Below, one piece after another: positions 21,039-29,830 of a stretch of 64,000 nt of DNA. Each line of letters begins with the position of its first letter. Positions within the stretch are counted from its first letter, which is position 1. Source of the stretch: an uncultured virus (IMG/VR IMGVR_UViG_3300044540_000317) (Duplodnaviria > Heunggongvirae > Uroviricota > Caudoviricetes); IMG/VR virus record IMGVR_UViG_3300044540_000317; one strand, 5' to 3'. Both the position numbers and the translations under genes were made by a program. The notes beneath the pieces were generated by a model. That model did no database searches and was not told the DNA's origin. It saw only the letters and a list, made by a program, of their open reading frames with translations.

Positions 21039-21761
21039 ATGGACTGGTTCGGGCAGCTGTGGGCTTGGCTCACTGTCGCGCCTCAGGTGCCTGAATGGTG
21101 GCTTGTCGTTCCCGCTGCGGTCGTCGGCGTTGCCGGCGTTGCCGTCCCCGCAACGTGGCGCGCGACGCGTCTGCTCGAGGTCTACGTGCACGAGACGGGG
21201 CATGCGCTCGTCGGAATGGTGACCGGACGAAGGGTTGACGCGATCTACCTCGACAGCAACGGCGGAGGCATGACCACGACAGCCGGCCGCGAGCACGGCC
21301 TGGGCCGCATTCTCACCACATTCGCCGGATACCCGGCACCTGCCCTTGCTGGGCTCGGCATCTTCGTGGCCCTCTCGGCAGGGCATGCACGCTGGGCTAT
21401 CGCGGGCGCCGCAGTCGCCTCAGGCCTCCTACTTCTCGCCCACCGGTCGTGGCGCGGCCTTCTTGTCACCGGCATCATCCTCGCGTCGGCGACAGCGCTC
21501 GCCGCCGCACCCGTTACCGTCGCGGCAGTTGCTCTCGCCTGTGTCGGCGGGTATTTGCTGGCCGCATCTCCTCGCGGAGTCATCGACCTTCATCGGGCTC
21601 GACGTCAAGCGCGCGCGACCGGGATGCCCGCGCACTCCGACGCCGACACGCTGGCCGGACTCACTCTCGTACCTGCGCTGATATGGGAGCTGGTCTTCCT
21701 GGCTGTGTGCGCAGTCTGCTTCTGGTGGTCGGTTTCAATGTATCTGTCCGCGATCGCATAA
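21039..21761 (+). CDS. M50B-like intramembrane metallopeptidase
   Basis: HETGH (HExxH), AGYPAP, SDADTLA, multiple TM helices. Confidence 0.88.
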   Translation: MDWFGQLWAWLTVAPQVPEWWLVVPAAVVGVAGVAVPATWRATRLLEVYVHETGHALVGMVTGRRVDAIYLDSNGGGMTTTAGREHGLGRILTTFAGYPAPALAGLGIFVALSAGHARWAIAGAAVASGLLLLAHRSWRGLLVTGIILASATALAAAPVTVAAVALACVGGYLLAASPRGVIDLHRARRQARATGMPAHSDADTLAGLTLVPALIWELVFLAVCAVCFWWSVSMYLSAIA

Positions 21762-21913
21762 CCCCAGCCGTGTAACCCCAGCCGCCGGAGTACCTGGCTC
21801 GCACACAGTCGCTGCCGCTTCCGCGCACGAGCACTCCGACCGGTCCCCGGCGCTGTCAGCCGATATCCGTCAGCGTCCCGAGACCGTGGCCGTCCGCCCC
21901 GAAGGAGCACTAG

Positions 21914-22261
21914 TTGCCGATCAAGCCCGCGAACCCCGACAAGCTCACACCCAGCCAGGAGCTCGTCCTCGAGCTTCTCGTCGTGCGCAGGCGGACCGGG
22001 GAGACCCTCTGGACTTTCGGCTCGCGCCACACGAAGACCCTCGCCGAGCTTGAGGCCGCCGGGCTCTGCTCGGTCATCCACGGCGTCGTGGAGAACACTG
22101 TTCGGGCGAGCCTGACCGACCGCGCCGTCGACGAGCTACTGACCGGCTCGACGTACACGTCCCCGCTCGAACGCGAGCTCACAATGACCCGCGGGCAGCT
22201 CGACGAGCTGCGATCGCTGCGCAGTCTCGAGGCGGATCATCGCTCCGGTCCGACTTGGTGA
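21914..22261 (+). CDS. Hypothetical protein, possibly winged-helix-like
   Basis: AAGGAG SD before TTG; LTPSQELVLE...LAELEAAGL...SLTD. Confidence 0.6.
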   Translation: MPIKPANPDKLTPSQELVLELLVVRRRTGETLWTFGSRHTKTLAELEAAGLCSVIHGVVENTVRASLTDRAVDELLTGSTYTSPLERELTMTRGQLDELRSLRSLEADHRSGPTW

Positions 22262-22351
22262 ACGCCCGCCTGCGGGTATCGACGCGCCGTCCGACCACCC
22301 CGTACCGCGTTAGGGCCCCACAGTCAGCAGCCACGTGAAGGAGACCTCCCG

Positions 22352-22444
22352 ATGCCCGTAACCCGTGACCCGAAAGGCGCCCGCCGCGGAGGAAAGAGCT
22401 CCGGCGGCCAGTTCACCGCGAACACGTCCGGGAAGGCCGGCATC
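22352..22444 (+). repeat. Type A leader repeat, copy 2
   Basis: Near-identical to 18603..18695; upstream GCGTTAGGG...GTCAGCAGC...GTGAAGG is also shared. Confidence 0.95.
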
Positions 22445-22915
22445 GCCGCCCCCGCCGCAGCCCCGGCGAGGAAGCCCGCCCACGGCGGACGGCTCCTGCG
22501 TCACACCGCAGAAACCCGCGCCGAGCTGACCGCGATGCTGCACAAGAAGTTCGACCAGGGCTACTTCCAAGGCTCCTGGGGCCGGATCGGTCGCACCCAG
22601 CACCCCGTCTTCGACGCACTCACCCCCGCCAGCCTCTGTGGCCGCTACACCACCGGCACGACCAGCGCCGAACCGCACGTGCGGGAGAAGTTCTGCCGCG
22701 AGTGCCGCAGCCTGTTCCGCGACGCCGTCACCAGCTGGCTCAAAGGCAAGGAAGGGCAGTTCCTTTCCGACCTCGAAGACGGCGACCCGGAAGCCGCCCG
22801 CAACAGCCTCGACTCCATCCAGCGATTCCGCAGCCTTCTCGCCGCCAGCCCGAAGACATGGGACCTGTCGCTCCGAGGCGTCGACACTGACGAGCTCCCG
22901 CCTCGCCGGCGCTAA
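22352..22915 (+). CDS. Leader-tagged (type A) hypothetical protein with CxxC motif
   Basis: MPVTRDPKGARRGGKSSGGQF; AAGGAG SD; CGTTAG at 22308; H...LCG...CREC. Confidence 0.8.
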   Translation: MPVTRDPKGARRGGKSSGGQFTANTSGKAGIAAPAAAPARKPAHGGRLLRHTAETRAELTAMLHKKFDQGYFQGSWGRIGRTQHPVFDALTPASLCGRYTTGTTSAEPHVREKFCRECRSLFRDAVTSWLKGKEGQFLSDLEDGDPEAARNSLDSIQRFRSLLAASPKTWDLSLRGVDTDELPPRRR

Positions 22916-22921
22916 CTCGAC

Positions 22922-22938
22922 CGGAGGTAAGACCTCCG
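22922..22938. terminator. Short hairpin after the 22352 gene
   Basis: CGGAGGT-AAG-ACCTCCG. Confidence 0.4.
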
Positions 22939-22967
22939 CCACCCCTAAGAAAGCCGATGGCATCACT

Positions 22968-23231
22968 GTGACTTACCGGCCCACGCTGCCCGACGCTCGA
23001 CGCATCCTGGCCATGGTTCACGCGCGGGGCAGTGTCAGTGTCCGGATACCCCACTCGCTCGCGGACGCCATCCGCGGAGCAGTGCAGCACAACATCGTCG
23101 ATGACGAAACGCTCCGTCAAGCACTCCTCGCTCTCGCCTGCCCGGACGGCTGCCCGGGTACTGCCAACCACGACGCCTGGCACCGCCTCTGCGAAACCAA
23201 GGCGAACGCAGCTCTCGGCCTGCTCACCTGA
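22968..23231 (+). CDS. Small hypothetical protein
   Basis: GTG 8 nt after CCGATG; CPDGC...H...H..C. Confidence 0.55.
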   Translation: MTYRPTLPDARRILAMVHARGSVSVRIPHSLADAIRGAVQHNIVDDETLRQALLALACPDGCPGTANHDAWHRLCETKANAALGLLT

Positions 23232-23257
23232 ACCGCGGACCGAAAGGCCGACAAACC

Positions 23258-23554
23258 ATGAACTCACACTTACAGGACCCGAAGACCGGAAAGATGGCCG
23301 GCTCGACCGCCGGCCGCGACAACGTCCCCGTTGCACCCACGCCCGCGCCGGCGCCGTTTCCCTCCGGCACTCGAGTCCGGCACGCCGACACACCAGCACC
23401 TTCCGGGTGCCGGTGGTGCGGTCACGAGCAGCGCGGCCACGGCCACTCGTTCGTACGCAGCGTCGGCGGCCACCGATGGGAGCCACCGACCATGGCGCAG
23501 CGCCTTGCCCGCATGCGCGCACGGCGCGCAGCCCGACTATCCGCGCAGCGCTGA
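23258..23554 (+). CDS. Leader-tagged (type B) small Cys/His protein
   Basis: MNSHLQDPKTGKMAGSTAGRDNVP; GCRWCG...H...HRWEPPT...RMRARR; GAAAGG SD. Confidence 0.75.
   Translation: MNSHLQDPKTGKMAGSTAGRDNVPVAPTPAPAPFPSGTRVRHADTPAPSGCRWCGHEQRGHGHSFVRSVGGHRWEPPTMAQRLARMRARRAARLSAQR
23273..23329 (+). repeat. Type B leader repeat, copy 1
   Basis: Differs from 23590..23646 only at four synonymous third positions. Confidence 0.93.
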
Positions 23555-23574
23555 CGTCGCGTTAGAGCCCTGCC

Positions 23575-24348
23575 ATGACCTCCTACCTGCAGGACCCGAA
23601 GACCGGGAAGATGGCCGGTTCGACCGCAGGCCGCGACAACGTCCCGGCTACGCCCGGCCAGGCTCCCGCCACGTTCGCCAACAACGCGCCGGCGGCGCAC
23701 ATCCCCGAGCTCGCGGACCTGTACGACGCATTCGTCGCCGAGCACAACCGGCCGCCAGTCATCGGACTTGACCTGGACGGCACCACCGCCGACATGGTCG
23801 CCAACCTTCGCGGTCGAGTAGCCGAAGCTCGCGGCATTGCCGCCGACCGGGCCACGTTGCCCGACCCGGACGACTACTTGATGTGGCAGGGCAGCGCCCC
23901 CTGGTTCGCCTCCAAGGAAGACTTCCTCGGCCATTTCCAAGCAGCCGAACGGGATGGCATGTACCGAGAGCTCGGAACCTACGAGGGCGCAGTCGAGGTC
24001 CTCCGCACCCTCGCTGAGCATGGATTCGTTATCCACGCGGTCACCGCTCGCAGCGCCACCTACAACAACGACACGCAGGCATGGCTCGACGCCCAGGGCA
24101 TCCCGGCAATCCAAATCCGTAACCCCGGATTCGACAAGCACACACTCGGCGACGTCGACGTGTTCATTGACGACGCTCCTCACGTCATTGACGGGCTCGC
24201 AAACGCCGGCCGGTCGGTCGTCGTGTTCGAGCAGCCCTACAACGCCGACAACCTGCCGGCAGCAGACCATGTCAAGACCATGACCCGCTGGGAGGTTCAG
24301 CAAGTCGCCAACGCGCTACGCGCCCTCCTGAACACCGGTCACCAGTAA
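23575..24348 (+). CDS. Leader-tagged (type B) HAD-family 5'(3')-deoxyribonucleotidase (NT5C-like)
   Basis: IGLDLDGT, VTAR, DVFIDDAPH, QPYN; CGTTAG 9 nt before ATG. Confidence 0.85.
   Translation: MTSYLQDPKTGKMAGSTAGRDNVPATPGQAPATFANNAPAAHIPELADLYDAFVAEHNRPPVIGLDLDGTTADMVANLRGRVAEARGIAADRATLPDPDDYLMWQGSAPWFASKEDFLGHFQAAERDGMYRELGTYEGAVEVLRTLAEHGFVIHAVTARSATYNNDTQAWLDAQGIPAIQIRNPGFDKHTLGDVDVFIDDAPHVIDGLANAGRSVVVFEQPYNADNLPAADHVKTMTRWEVQQVANALRALLNTGHQ
23590..23646 (+). repeat. Type B leader repeat, copy 2
   Basis: Encodes QDPKTGKMAGSTAGRDNVP. Confidence 0.93.
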
Positions 24349-24370
24349 GCGCCCAAGAAAGGGAAACCCC

Positions 24371-24463
24371 ATGGCCACGACACGTGACCCGAAAGGCGCC
24401 CGCCGTGGCGGAAAGAGCTCCGGCGGCCAGTTCACCGCGAACACGTCCGGCAAGACCGGCGTC
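24371..24463 (+). repeat. Type A leader repeat, copy 3
   Basis: RDPK...SGK core has only synonymous changes relative to copies 1 and 2. Confidence 0.93.
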
Positions 24464-24853
24464 GCCGCGCCAGGCGCAGCACCTACCGACTTCCTCGGAA
24501 CCGTCCGCGAGGGGCTCGCAGCCGCGCACAAGCAGGTCGAAGTGCATGAGGCCCAGCTGTACCGCCACGGCCATGCCGGCGTGACCGCCCTGGCCCGGCA
24601 GATGTTCCCGACCGCCGCGACTATCGAACTCGTCGACGCAAGCGATTCCGGAGGCTCACCGTACTTCCTCGCTCACCGCATCCTAGACGCGGCCGGCGAC
24701 GAGCTTTGGAGCGTCGAAGCCAGCTACGGCAGGAGCGACGCCATCCAGGATCTGCTCGGCGAGTTCACCCCCTACTTCGACCGTCACATCCCCGAAAGCG
24801 AACGCCGCCACACGTATCTCGGCAACGACGTCTGGGAAGTCACTCTCGGCTGA
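24371..24853 (+). CDS. Leader-tagged (type A) hypothetical protein
   Basis: MATTRDPKGARRGGKSSGGQFTANTSGK; GAAAGGG SD. Confidence 0.8.
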   Translation: MATTRDPKGARRGGKSSGGQFTANTSGKTGVAAPGAAPTDFLGTVREGLAAAHKQVEVHEAQLYRHGHAGVTALARQMFPTAATIELVDASDSGGSPYFLAHRILDAAGDELWSVEASYGRSDAIQDLLGEFTPYFDRHIPESERRHTYLGNDVWEVTLG

Positions 24854-24895
24854 AAGCCGGCCATGCGGAAAGCGAACTCTGCGACCCCTTGCGCG

Positions 24896-25444
24896 TCAGC
24901 CGCTCAACGTGGCGAGCACCTGCCACTCGACGCCGATCCCGCTGTTGCCCTGGATCGCAGCACGGACCGTAGGGTTCGGGTCCTGCGCGAGAAGCGCAGC
25001 AATCGGGTCGGGCAACCCGGCCGCCTCCGCCAGCGCCTTACGGACCGGCATGTGCCGGGAACGCGCCAGGTCGAGGAGAACCTGCGGTGCGGCAGCGAAC
25101 CGCGCCGCCGCCCACACACCCACCATGGCTTTGGGTCCAAGGTCCAACGGCGCCTGCCCGGACAAGACCAGCGGGTGCTCCAGCGCGCCCAGTAGGGCCG
25201 CCAAGTTCCGGAGGAGGTTTGACGGCGTCTCCGCGTGAACCAACATGATGTGAGGGACGACCACTGCTCCCGCCGGCGCGGAGCACAGGCTTGCCGGCAG
25301 GTGCGGAACCCGCGCGGTCGCCGCTGACCGGTACGATCGCTCGCAGTCACGGTCCCACCAGTCGAGCTCGACACCGTATCGGTCGGTCCGCGGCGTGACG
25401 ACGTCGGGGATCGGGTCGAGCATCAGCCGTGAGTACGTTGTCAT
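24896..25444 (-). CDS. LRV-repeat-like protein
   Basis: LLDLARSRHMPVRKALAEAAGLP...LLAQDPNPTVRAAIQGN; TATCAT 6 nt before ATG. Confidence 0.7.
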   Translation of the reverse strand: MTTYSRLMLDPIPDVVTPRTDRYGVELDWWDRDCERSYRSAATARVPHLPASLCSAPAGAVVVPHIMLVHAETPSNLLRNLAALLGALEHPLVLSGQAPLDLGPKAMVGVWAAARFAAAPQVLLDLARSRHMPVRKALAEAAGLPDPIAALLAQDPNPTVRAAIQGNSGIGVEWQVLATLSG

Positions 25445-25483
25445 GCTTCGATGATACTGGCGCGGACCGTCATCGCCTCCCCG

Positions 25484-25505
25484 TGTCGTACAGGGGGCCT
25501 ATACT
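25484..25505 (+). promoter_or_regulatory. TGTCGT-N10-TATACT promoter (PafBC/RecA-NDp-like), leaderless
   Basis: 6 nt upstream of ATG 25512. Confidence 0.6.
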
Positions 25506-25511
25506 CAGATC

Positions 25512-26291
25512 ATGGACGCACGGATCGCAGCACAGCTCGCAGCCCTCCCTCTCAAGGAGATGGACTCTGCCCTGCTCACCGTCACCTTGCTCGCCGAGAC
25601 ATCCGCAGCCATCCCCGGCAGCGTCAACGTCATCCGCGACGCCGCCGCGACCGCCGCCTGGGTTCACCGCAAGCACACCCGCGCGAACCGCGCTGGCCTG
25701 CCTCGCACCCCCTACATCGAGCACCCGCTCCGTCTCGCGGTCCGCCTACTCCGCTGGGGTGTCCGCGATACCGACGTTATCGTCGCCGCGCTCTTCCACG
25801 ACACCGTTGAAGACAACCCATATGACCTCGCCCGACTCGCCGACGCGCCCGAAGGGCTTACGGAGGCAGACGCCCGGACTTACGCGCTGCGCTATCTCGA
25901 GGAACAGTACGGCCCGATCGTCGCTCGTACCGTCGCGGCTGTCACCAACCCGCTACCCAGCGGGAACCGCCGCGACCGGGCGACTCGCAACGGTGAGTAC
26001 TTCACCCATGTCGCGCACGCCATCGCCGACCCGCGCGCCTACCTGGTCAAGGTCGACGACGTGTTCGACAACGCTCTGAGCCTGCACCACACCGCCGAAG
26101 GCCTCGGCCCGGTCGGCACCGCACGCCGGGCGCAGAAGTACCTCCCGCTGCTCGACCTGCTCGCCGCCCGCATCGGAGACGATGACATCGACGGCCTACT
26201 CCCCCTCGCCGGTCAGGTTCAGATCTCTGCCGGCTTGGCCGCCGGAAGGGTCCGCCTCGTCGAGCTCGCCGGCGGGGCGCCGACCGCCTGA
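25512..26291 (+). CDS. HD-domain protein, small alarmone hydrolase (SpoT/Mesh1)-like
   Basis: PYIEHPL, AALFHDTVED, VAAVT, VKVDDVFDN. Confidence 0.82.
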   Translation: MDARIAAQLAALPLKEMDSALLTVTLLAETSAAIPGSVNVIRDAAATAAWVHRKHTRANRAGLPRTPYIEHPLRLAVRLLRWGVRDTDVIVAALFHDTVEDNPYDLARLADAPEGLTEADARTYALRYLEEQYGPIVARTVAAVTNPLPSGNRRDRATRNGEYFTHVAHAIADPRAYLVKVDDVFDNALSLHHTAEGLGPVGTARRAQKYLPLLDLLAARIGDDDIDGLLPLAGQVQISAGLAAGRVRLVELAGGAPTA

Positions 26292-26344
26292 CCGGCGCCC
26301 CGATACCTCGACCGACCCGGAATGCGCGACCAGACAGGACCCTC

Positions 26345-26890
26345 GTGACCGACCAGCCCCGCCCGATCCTCCGGACCGGCCAGGACGCTCGCCATCCGTG
26401 GCCGAACGGCTGCTACATCCAGGGCGGCTCGTCGGGCCTCGTCCTGGCCAGGGACGGCAACCACTACACGACTGCGTTCGTCGAGGCGTTCCCCCGCAAT
26501 CCGGACACGTTCATCCGCGGCGAAGGCGCCACCGTCGCCGACGCGGAGGACGCCGCCTGGGCCAAGTACCAGTCCTACCTCGCCTGCCCCGGCCACGAGT
26601 ACGAAGCGCGCGGGTACACCAACGGCGCCGGGTTCTGCCGCCACTGCTCGATGTTCGCCTCGGATGTCTTCACCGCCGAACAGCTCGGCCAGTACTGCGC
26701 CGTCTGCCAGACCCCGACGAAGCGGCAGTCCGCTGGCGGCGCCTGGTACTGCCAGACCCACGAGCTCCCCCGGCCCGAGGTCCGCGCGGCGGACGCCGCC
26801 GCAGGTATCACACCCGGCCCGCTCCAAGCGCTCTTCGACGCGCTCCTGGCCGACAACGACCCCGACAGCTCGACTGTGCAGCCAACATGA
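26345..26890 (+). CDS. Hypothetical Zn-finger protein
   Basis: CPGH...CRHC...CAVC...YCQTH; AGGA SD; ATGA overlap with next gene. Confidence 0.7.
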   Translation: MTDQPRPILRTGQDARHPWPNGCYIQGGSSGLVLARDGNHYTTAFVEAFPRNPDTFIRGEGATVADAEDAAWAKYQSYLACPGHEYEARGYTNGAGFCRHCSMFASDVFTAEQLGQYCAVCQTPTKRQSAGGAWYCQTHELPRPEVRAADAAAGITPGPLQALFDALLADNDPDSSTVQPT

Positions 26891-27324
26891 CCAGTCCGCT
26901 GACGTTCGAACAGCTCGAGTCCCTCCCGGCGTACGTGCCGGTTCTCGCCGACGTGCGCAACGGCACCCAGATCGTTGCTCAGAAATCTCCGAACGGGATC
27001 TGGTGGTCCACCTGGAAGAACCCCGTCGACCTTCCCGGCCTGTGGAGCATGGTGACCCTCAACGGGGGCACGTTCGTCGCCTTGCCCGTCCTCTCGGTCG
27101 TGGAGACCGCTGAACGGCTCGCCAAGCTTCCTCTCGGCACGATCGTGGTCAACCGGCACGGCGACGTCGGCATCATTACCGCTTCCGACACGTCAACCTG
27201 GGGCCCCACCTGCGTCACCTACACCGCCGATGTCGAAGACCAGCGCCGTGCCATCCACGACATCGTCGCCGCCCTCGACGGCCCCTGGGTCACCGTGCCC
27301 CGCCCGCCGGCCGGCACCGCCTGA
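26887..27324 (+). CDS. Hypothetical phage-like protein with two LxxLP units
   Basis: EQLESLPAY..LADVRNG and ERLAKLPLGTIVVNRHG. Confidence 0.65.
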   Translation: MTSPLTFEQLESLPAYVPVLADVRNGTQIVAQKSPNGIWWSTWKNPVDLPGLWSMVTLNGGTFVALPVLSVVETAERLAKLPLGTIVVNRHGDVGIITASDTSTWGPTCVTYTADVEDQRRAIHDIVAALDGPWVTVPRPPAGTA

Positions 27325-27326
27325 CG

Positions 27327-28211
27327 TCAGAGGTTCAGCAGCGGCAGCTCTGCCGAACGGCCCAAAGGGCTCGACAGTGCGCGCATCGTCGCGACGAGCT
27401 GTACCCTCTCCGCGAACGAACCCTCGTCGCTTTCCAGCATTGCCATCTCGCCAGGCTCCGGGTATGCGCACAGTGCAGCGAACGCCGCCTCAGCCTGGAA
27501 GCGGTCATCCCAGCAGGTGCGGGACCCGACCGCAGCGGCAGCGAAGATGACACCCAAATTCAGGGAAACCGCTCGCGCGTGCTGGTCCAGCCACTTCGGC
27601 CCGCGGCCCAGCCGCATCCGCATCCATCCGACGGCGGTGTCCTCCCAGTCGACGGCATCGAGCGCAGCACGCATCGCAGCACGCCCCAACAGCCAGCCCG
27701 TCAACGTTTCCGCGACGGCAGCAGGGTCGGGCTCCGTGTGCTGGATCCGCTTCGACCGCTGACACACGGAGACGATGTCGTCGCTGTACCGGCCTCCGTC
27801 GCCGGCAAACAGCAGACGGCTACCCATCGTGCCGATCCAGCCGCTCGGGAACGCGACATCCGCAGCCCGTCGCAGTAGCTGGAAGCGCAACTGCTCCCCG
27901 TACGCGACCTGGCGCGGCGTACCCCGCAACGGTGCCGGAACGGGCAGGTCAAGCCTCGTCATGATGTACTCCACCTGCTTACGTGTCTCTTCGACGTTCG
28001 CACCAGCGGCGCAGGTTCGGCAGTCCTGCAGCTCGGTCTGCTTGCGCACAACCGCGAGCCATTCGACGAGCTCGCCCTCCAGCTCATCGGTGCGCACCCG
28101 GCCGACCAGCCGGTACGGGATCGTGACGCGATCCTGATAGGTGTGCCCGCACGACCCGGTGAACACCACCCCGGTCGTCTTGGGGAACTTCCGAACCCAG
28201 TTCCGTGGCAT
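27327..28211 (-). CDS. Hypothetical protein
   Basis: TGATG coupling to the exonuclease; SCGH...CRTC...LRGTPRQVAYGEQLR. Confidence 0.7.
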   Translation of the reverse strand: MPRNWVRKFPKTTGVVFTGSCGHTYQDRVTIPYRLVGRVRTDELEGELVEWLAVVRKQTELQDCRTCAAGANVEETRKQVEYIMTRLDLPVPAPLRGTPRQVAYGEQLRFQLLRRAADVAFPSGWIGTMGSRLLFAGDGGRYSDDIVSVCQRSKRIQHTEPDPAAVAETLTGWLLGRAAMRAALDAVDWEDTAVGWMRMRLGRGPKWLDQHARAVSLNLGVIFAAAAVGSRTCWDDRFQAEAAFAALCAYPEPGEMAMLESDEGSFAERVQLVATMRALSSPLGRSAELPLLNL

Positions 28212-29062
28212 CAGGCCGCCGCTTCCGCCGAGGGCCGCGCCCATGCGGCGCCGAGCAGCAGCGGCGACCGCGACACCATGTTCTCCGCGTGGAAGTCCCA
28301 CACCTCGCGCAGCAGCGAGAACGTCGCCCACGCCCGGTCCTCGCTGGCGACCGGGCGGACCACGTAGCCGTCCGCGGTCAGGTGCACGGCGATCGCGCCG
28401 TCGATGTGCGGCATGGGCTCCACCCCGTCACCGTCGACGGTCACGACCTCGTCGGCGCGGGACAGGGCGACGAGCTGCAGCCCGGCTTCCGTGTGTAGGC
28501 TGCGGCCTGTCTTGTAGTCCAGGATGTAGACCTTCCCGCCGATCCGGACGATCGCGTCCGCGGTCCCGGCGTAGTCGAGGATCTTCCCGGCCGCGGTGCG
28601 GACCCGGCCGAAGCAGGTTGCCTCCTGCCGCAGGAACGTCACTCCATGGTCGGCGACGAACGCACGCCACGACGCAATGTACGGCGCCGCGGTGTCGTCG
28701 AGCTCCACCTCCCCGCCGTCCGCGATTGTCTCGGCGGCGTTGTGGACCGTGTCGCCGAGCTCGCCCGCCGCGGCGGCTTTGCGCTCCGCCGCGCCTGCGA
28801 GGTACTCCTTCGCCGCCGCCGGCTTCGCGGCAATGAGGCCCGGATGCTTCTCCTCGACCTCGACCGCCGCCGCAGCGGCTTCCCGCGCGTACCAGCCGTT
28901 CAGATGGGGCTTGTCCAGGACGTCGATGACGTTGGTCACCGACGGCATCAGCAATCCCGCGGACAGAGCCTCGCGGGCAGCGGGGAGCGCGAACGGATCG
29001 ACGTGGGGGCGGCGGTACAGGCGGCCGAACTCGGTCGCGACAGCAAGGGTCGGGGTCGTCAT
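28211..29062 (-). CDS. PD-(D/E)XK exonuclease, Cas4/RecB-like actinophage type
   Basis: PSVTNVI..LDKP.L..W, GDTVH, YAGTADAI, ILDYKTG, LQL. Confidence 0.85.
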   Translation of the reverse strand: MTTPTLAVATEFGRLYRRPHVDPFALPAAREALSAGLLMPSVTNVIDVLDKPHLNGWYAREAAAAAVEVEEKHPGLIAAKPAAAKEYLAGAAERKAAAAGELGDTVHNAAETIADGGEVELDDTAAPYIASWRAFVADHGVTFLRQEATCFGRVRTAAGKILDYAGTADAIVRIGGKVYILDYKTGRSLHTEAGLQLVALSRADEVVTVDGDGVEPMPHIDGAIAVHLTADGYVVRPVASEDRAWATFSLLREVWDFHAENMVSRSPLLLGAAWARPSAEAAA

Positions 29063-29106
29063 CTTCTCGGGCCTGCTCTCATCGTCGCGTCGTAGTTCCT
29101 GCCTCC

Positions 29107-29128
29107 GATCTACCAGACGTGTCCGACA
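29107..29128 (-). promoter_or_regulatory. TGTCGG-N10-TAGATC promoter (PafBC/RecA-NDp-like)
   Basis: Upstream of the exonuclease; one mismatch in the -10. Confidence 0.5.
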
Positions 29129-29253
29129 GGCTCAGGGCGTCACCAACATCGGCGCCGGGCGAGATTCGCAACGATTGGAAATCTCGCCCGGCCTACTCCC
29201 GACAGATACCCGCCCCGATACCGCGTTAGGACCCCAGCACGAAAGGACGCGAC

Positions 29254-29649
29254 ATGGCTGACCACATCCAAGACCCGAAGACCGGCCGGCTCGCCGGCAG
29301 CATCGGCTGCGGCCGCGACACCGCGCCGGCCTCCCCGCGGACCGAGCTCGCCGCCCTGCACGCAGCCCGCGACCGAGCGTTCACGGAACAGACTGACGCG
29401 AACTGGGAAGCAACCCGCGACCAGCTCGTCGCCCGTTACGGCCTCGGTAACCACGACATCGCCCGCGTCTCCAGCCACCGGCAGGCCCACCCCGGAGTGT
29501 GGACCGGGACCGTGACCGTCCGCGGCCGACGGCTGCGCGCCCGCACCATTCTTGGAACGACGGAACGCGCCCTCTACCGGCACCCACTCGTCGGCCGTCC
29601 GCTCACCCGCGAGCAGCTCGCCGACCTCGTCGGACCGACCTCGACATAA
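29254..29649 (+). CDS. Leader-tagged (type B) hypothetical protein
   Basis: MADHIQDPKTGRLAGSIGCGRDTAP; GAAAGGA SD; CGTTAG at 29224. Confidence 0.78.
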   Translation: MADHIQDPKTGRLAGSIGCGRDTAPASPRTELAALHAARDRAFTEQTDANWEATRDQLVARYGLGNHDIARVSSHRQAHPGVWTGTVTVRGRRLRARTILGTTERALYRHPLVGRPLTREQLADLVGPTST

Positions 29650-29830
29650 GCGCCATAGCCCCCGAGGGTCTTCCCGGCTGGCTGATCACCGGCGCGCCGC
29701 GGTGACAACGGCTCCGGCAAGCCCGGCGACCAGCTGACCGCCCTCGCCGAGCTCGCCAAGCTGCGGACCCGTTAGAGCTCCCCTGACCGCCGCGCCCCAG
29801 CTGCGCGGCGCTGAGCGACGGGAAGGCGAC

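Noticed and set aside
18561..22315. TTAGGG as telomeric repeat
   Set aside because: Single non-tandem copies that are part of the CGTTAG upstream motif
18603..24463. Dispersed repeats as a CRISPR array, iterons or IS ends
   Set aside because: They are in-frame N-terminal coding sequence with synonymous variation, kilobases apart, with no spacers or terminal inverted repeats
28211..29062. Cas4-like gene as evidence of CRISPR-Cas
   Set aside because: No cas1/cas2, array or Fe-S cysteines; it fits the phage exonuclease type
29650..29775. Coding-like fragment (GDNGSGKPGDQLTALAELAKLRTR*) between two tagged genes
   Set aside because: No start or SD and too short to call; possible remnant. Its TAG coincides with the CGTTAG at 29770, which slightly weakens that motif instance
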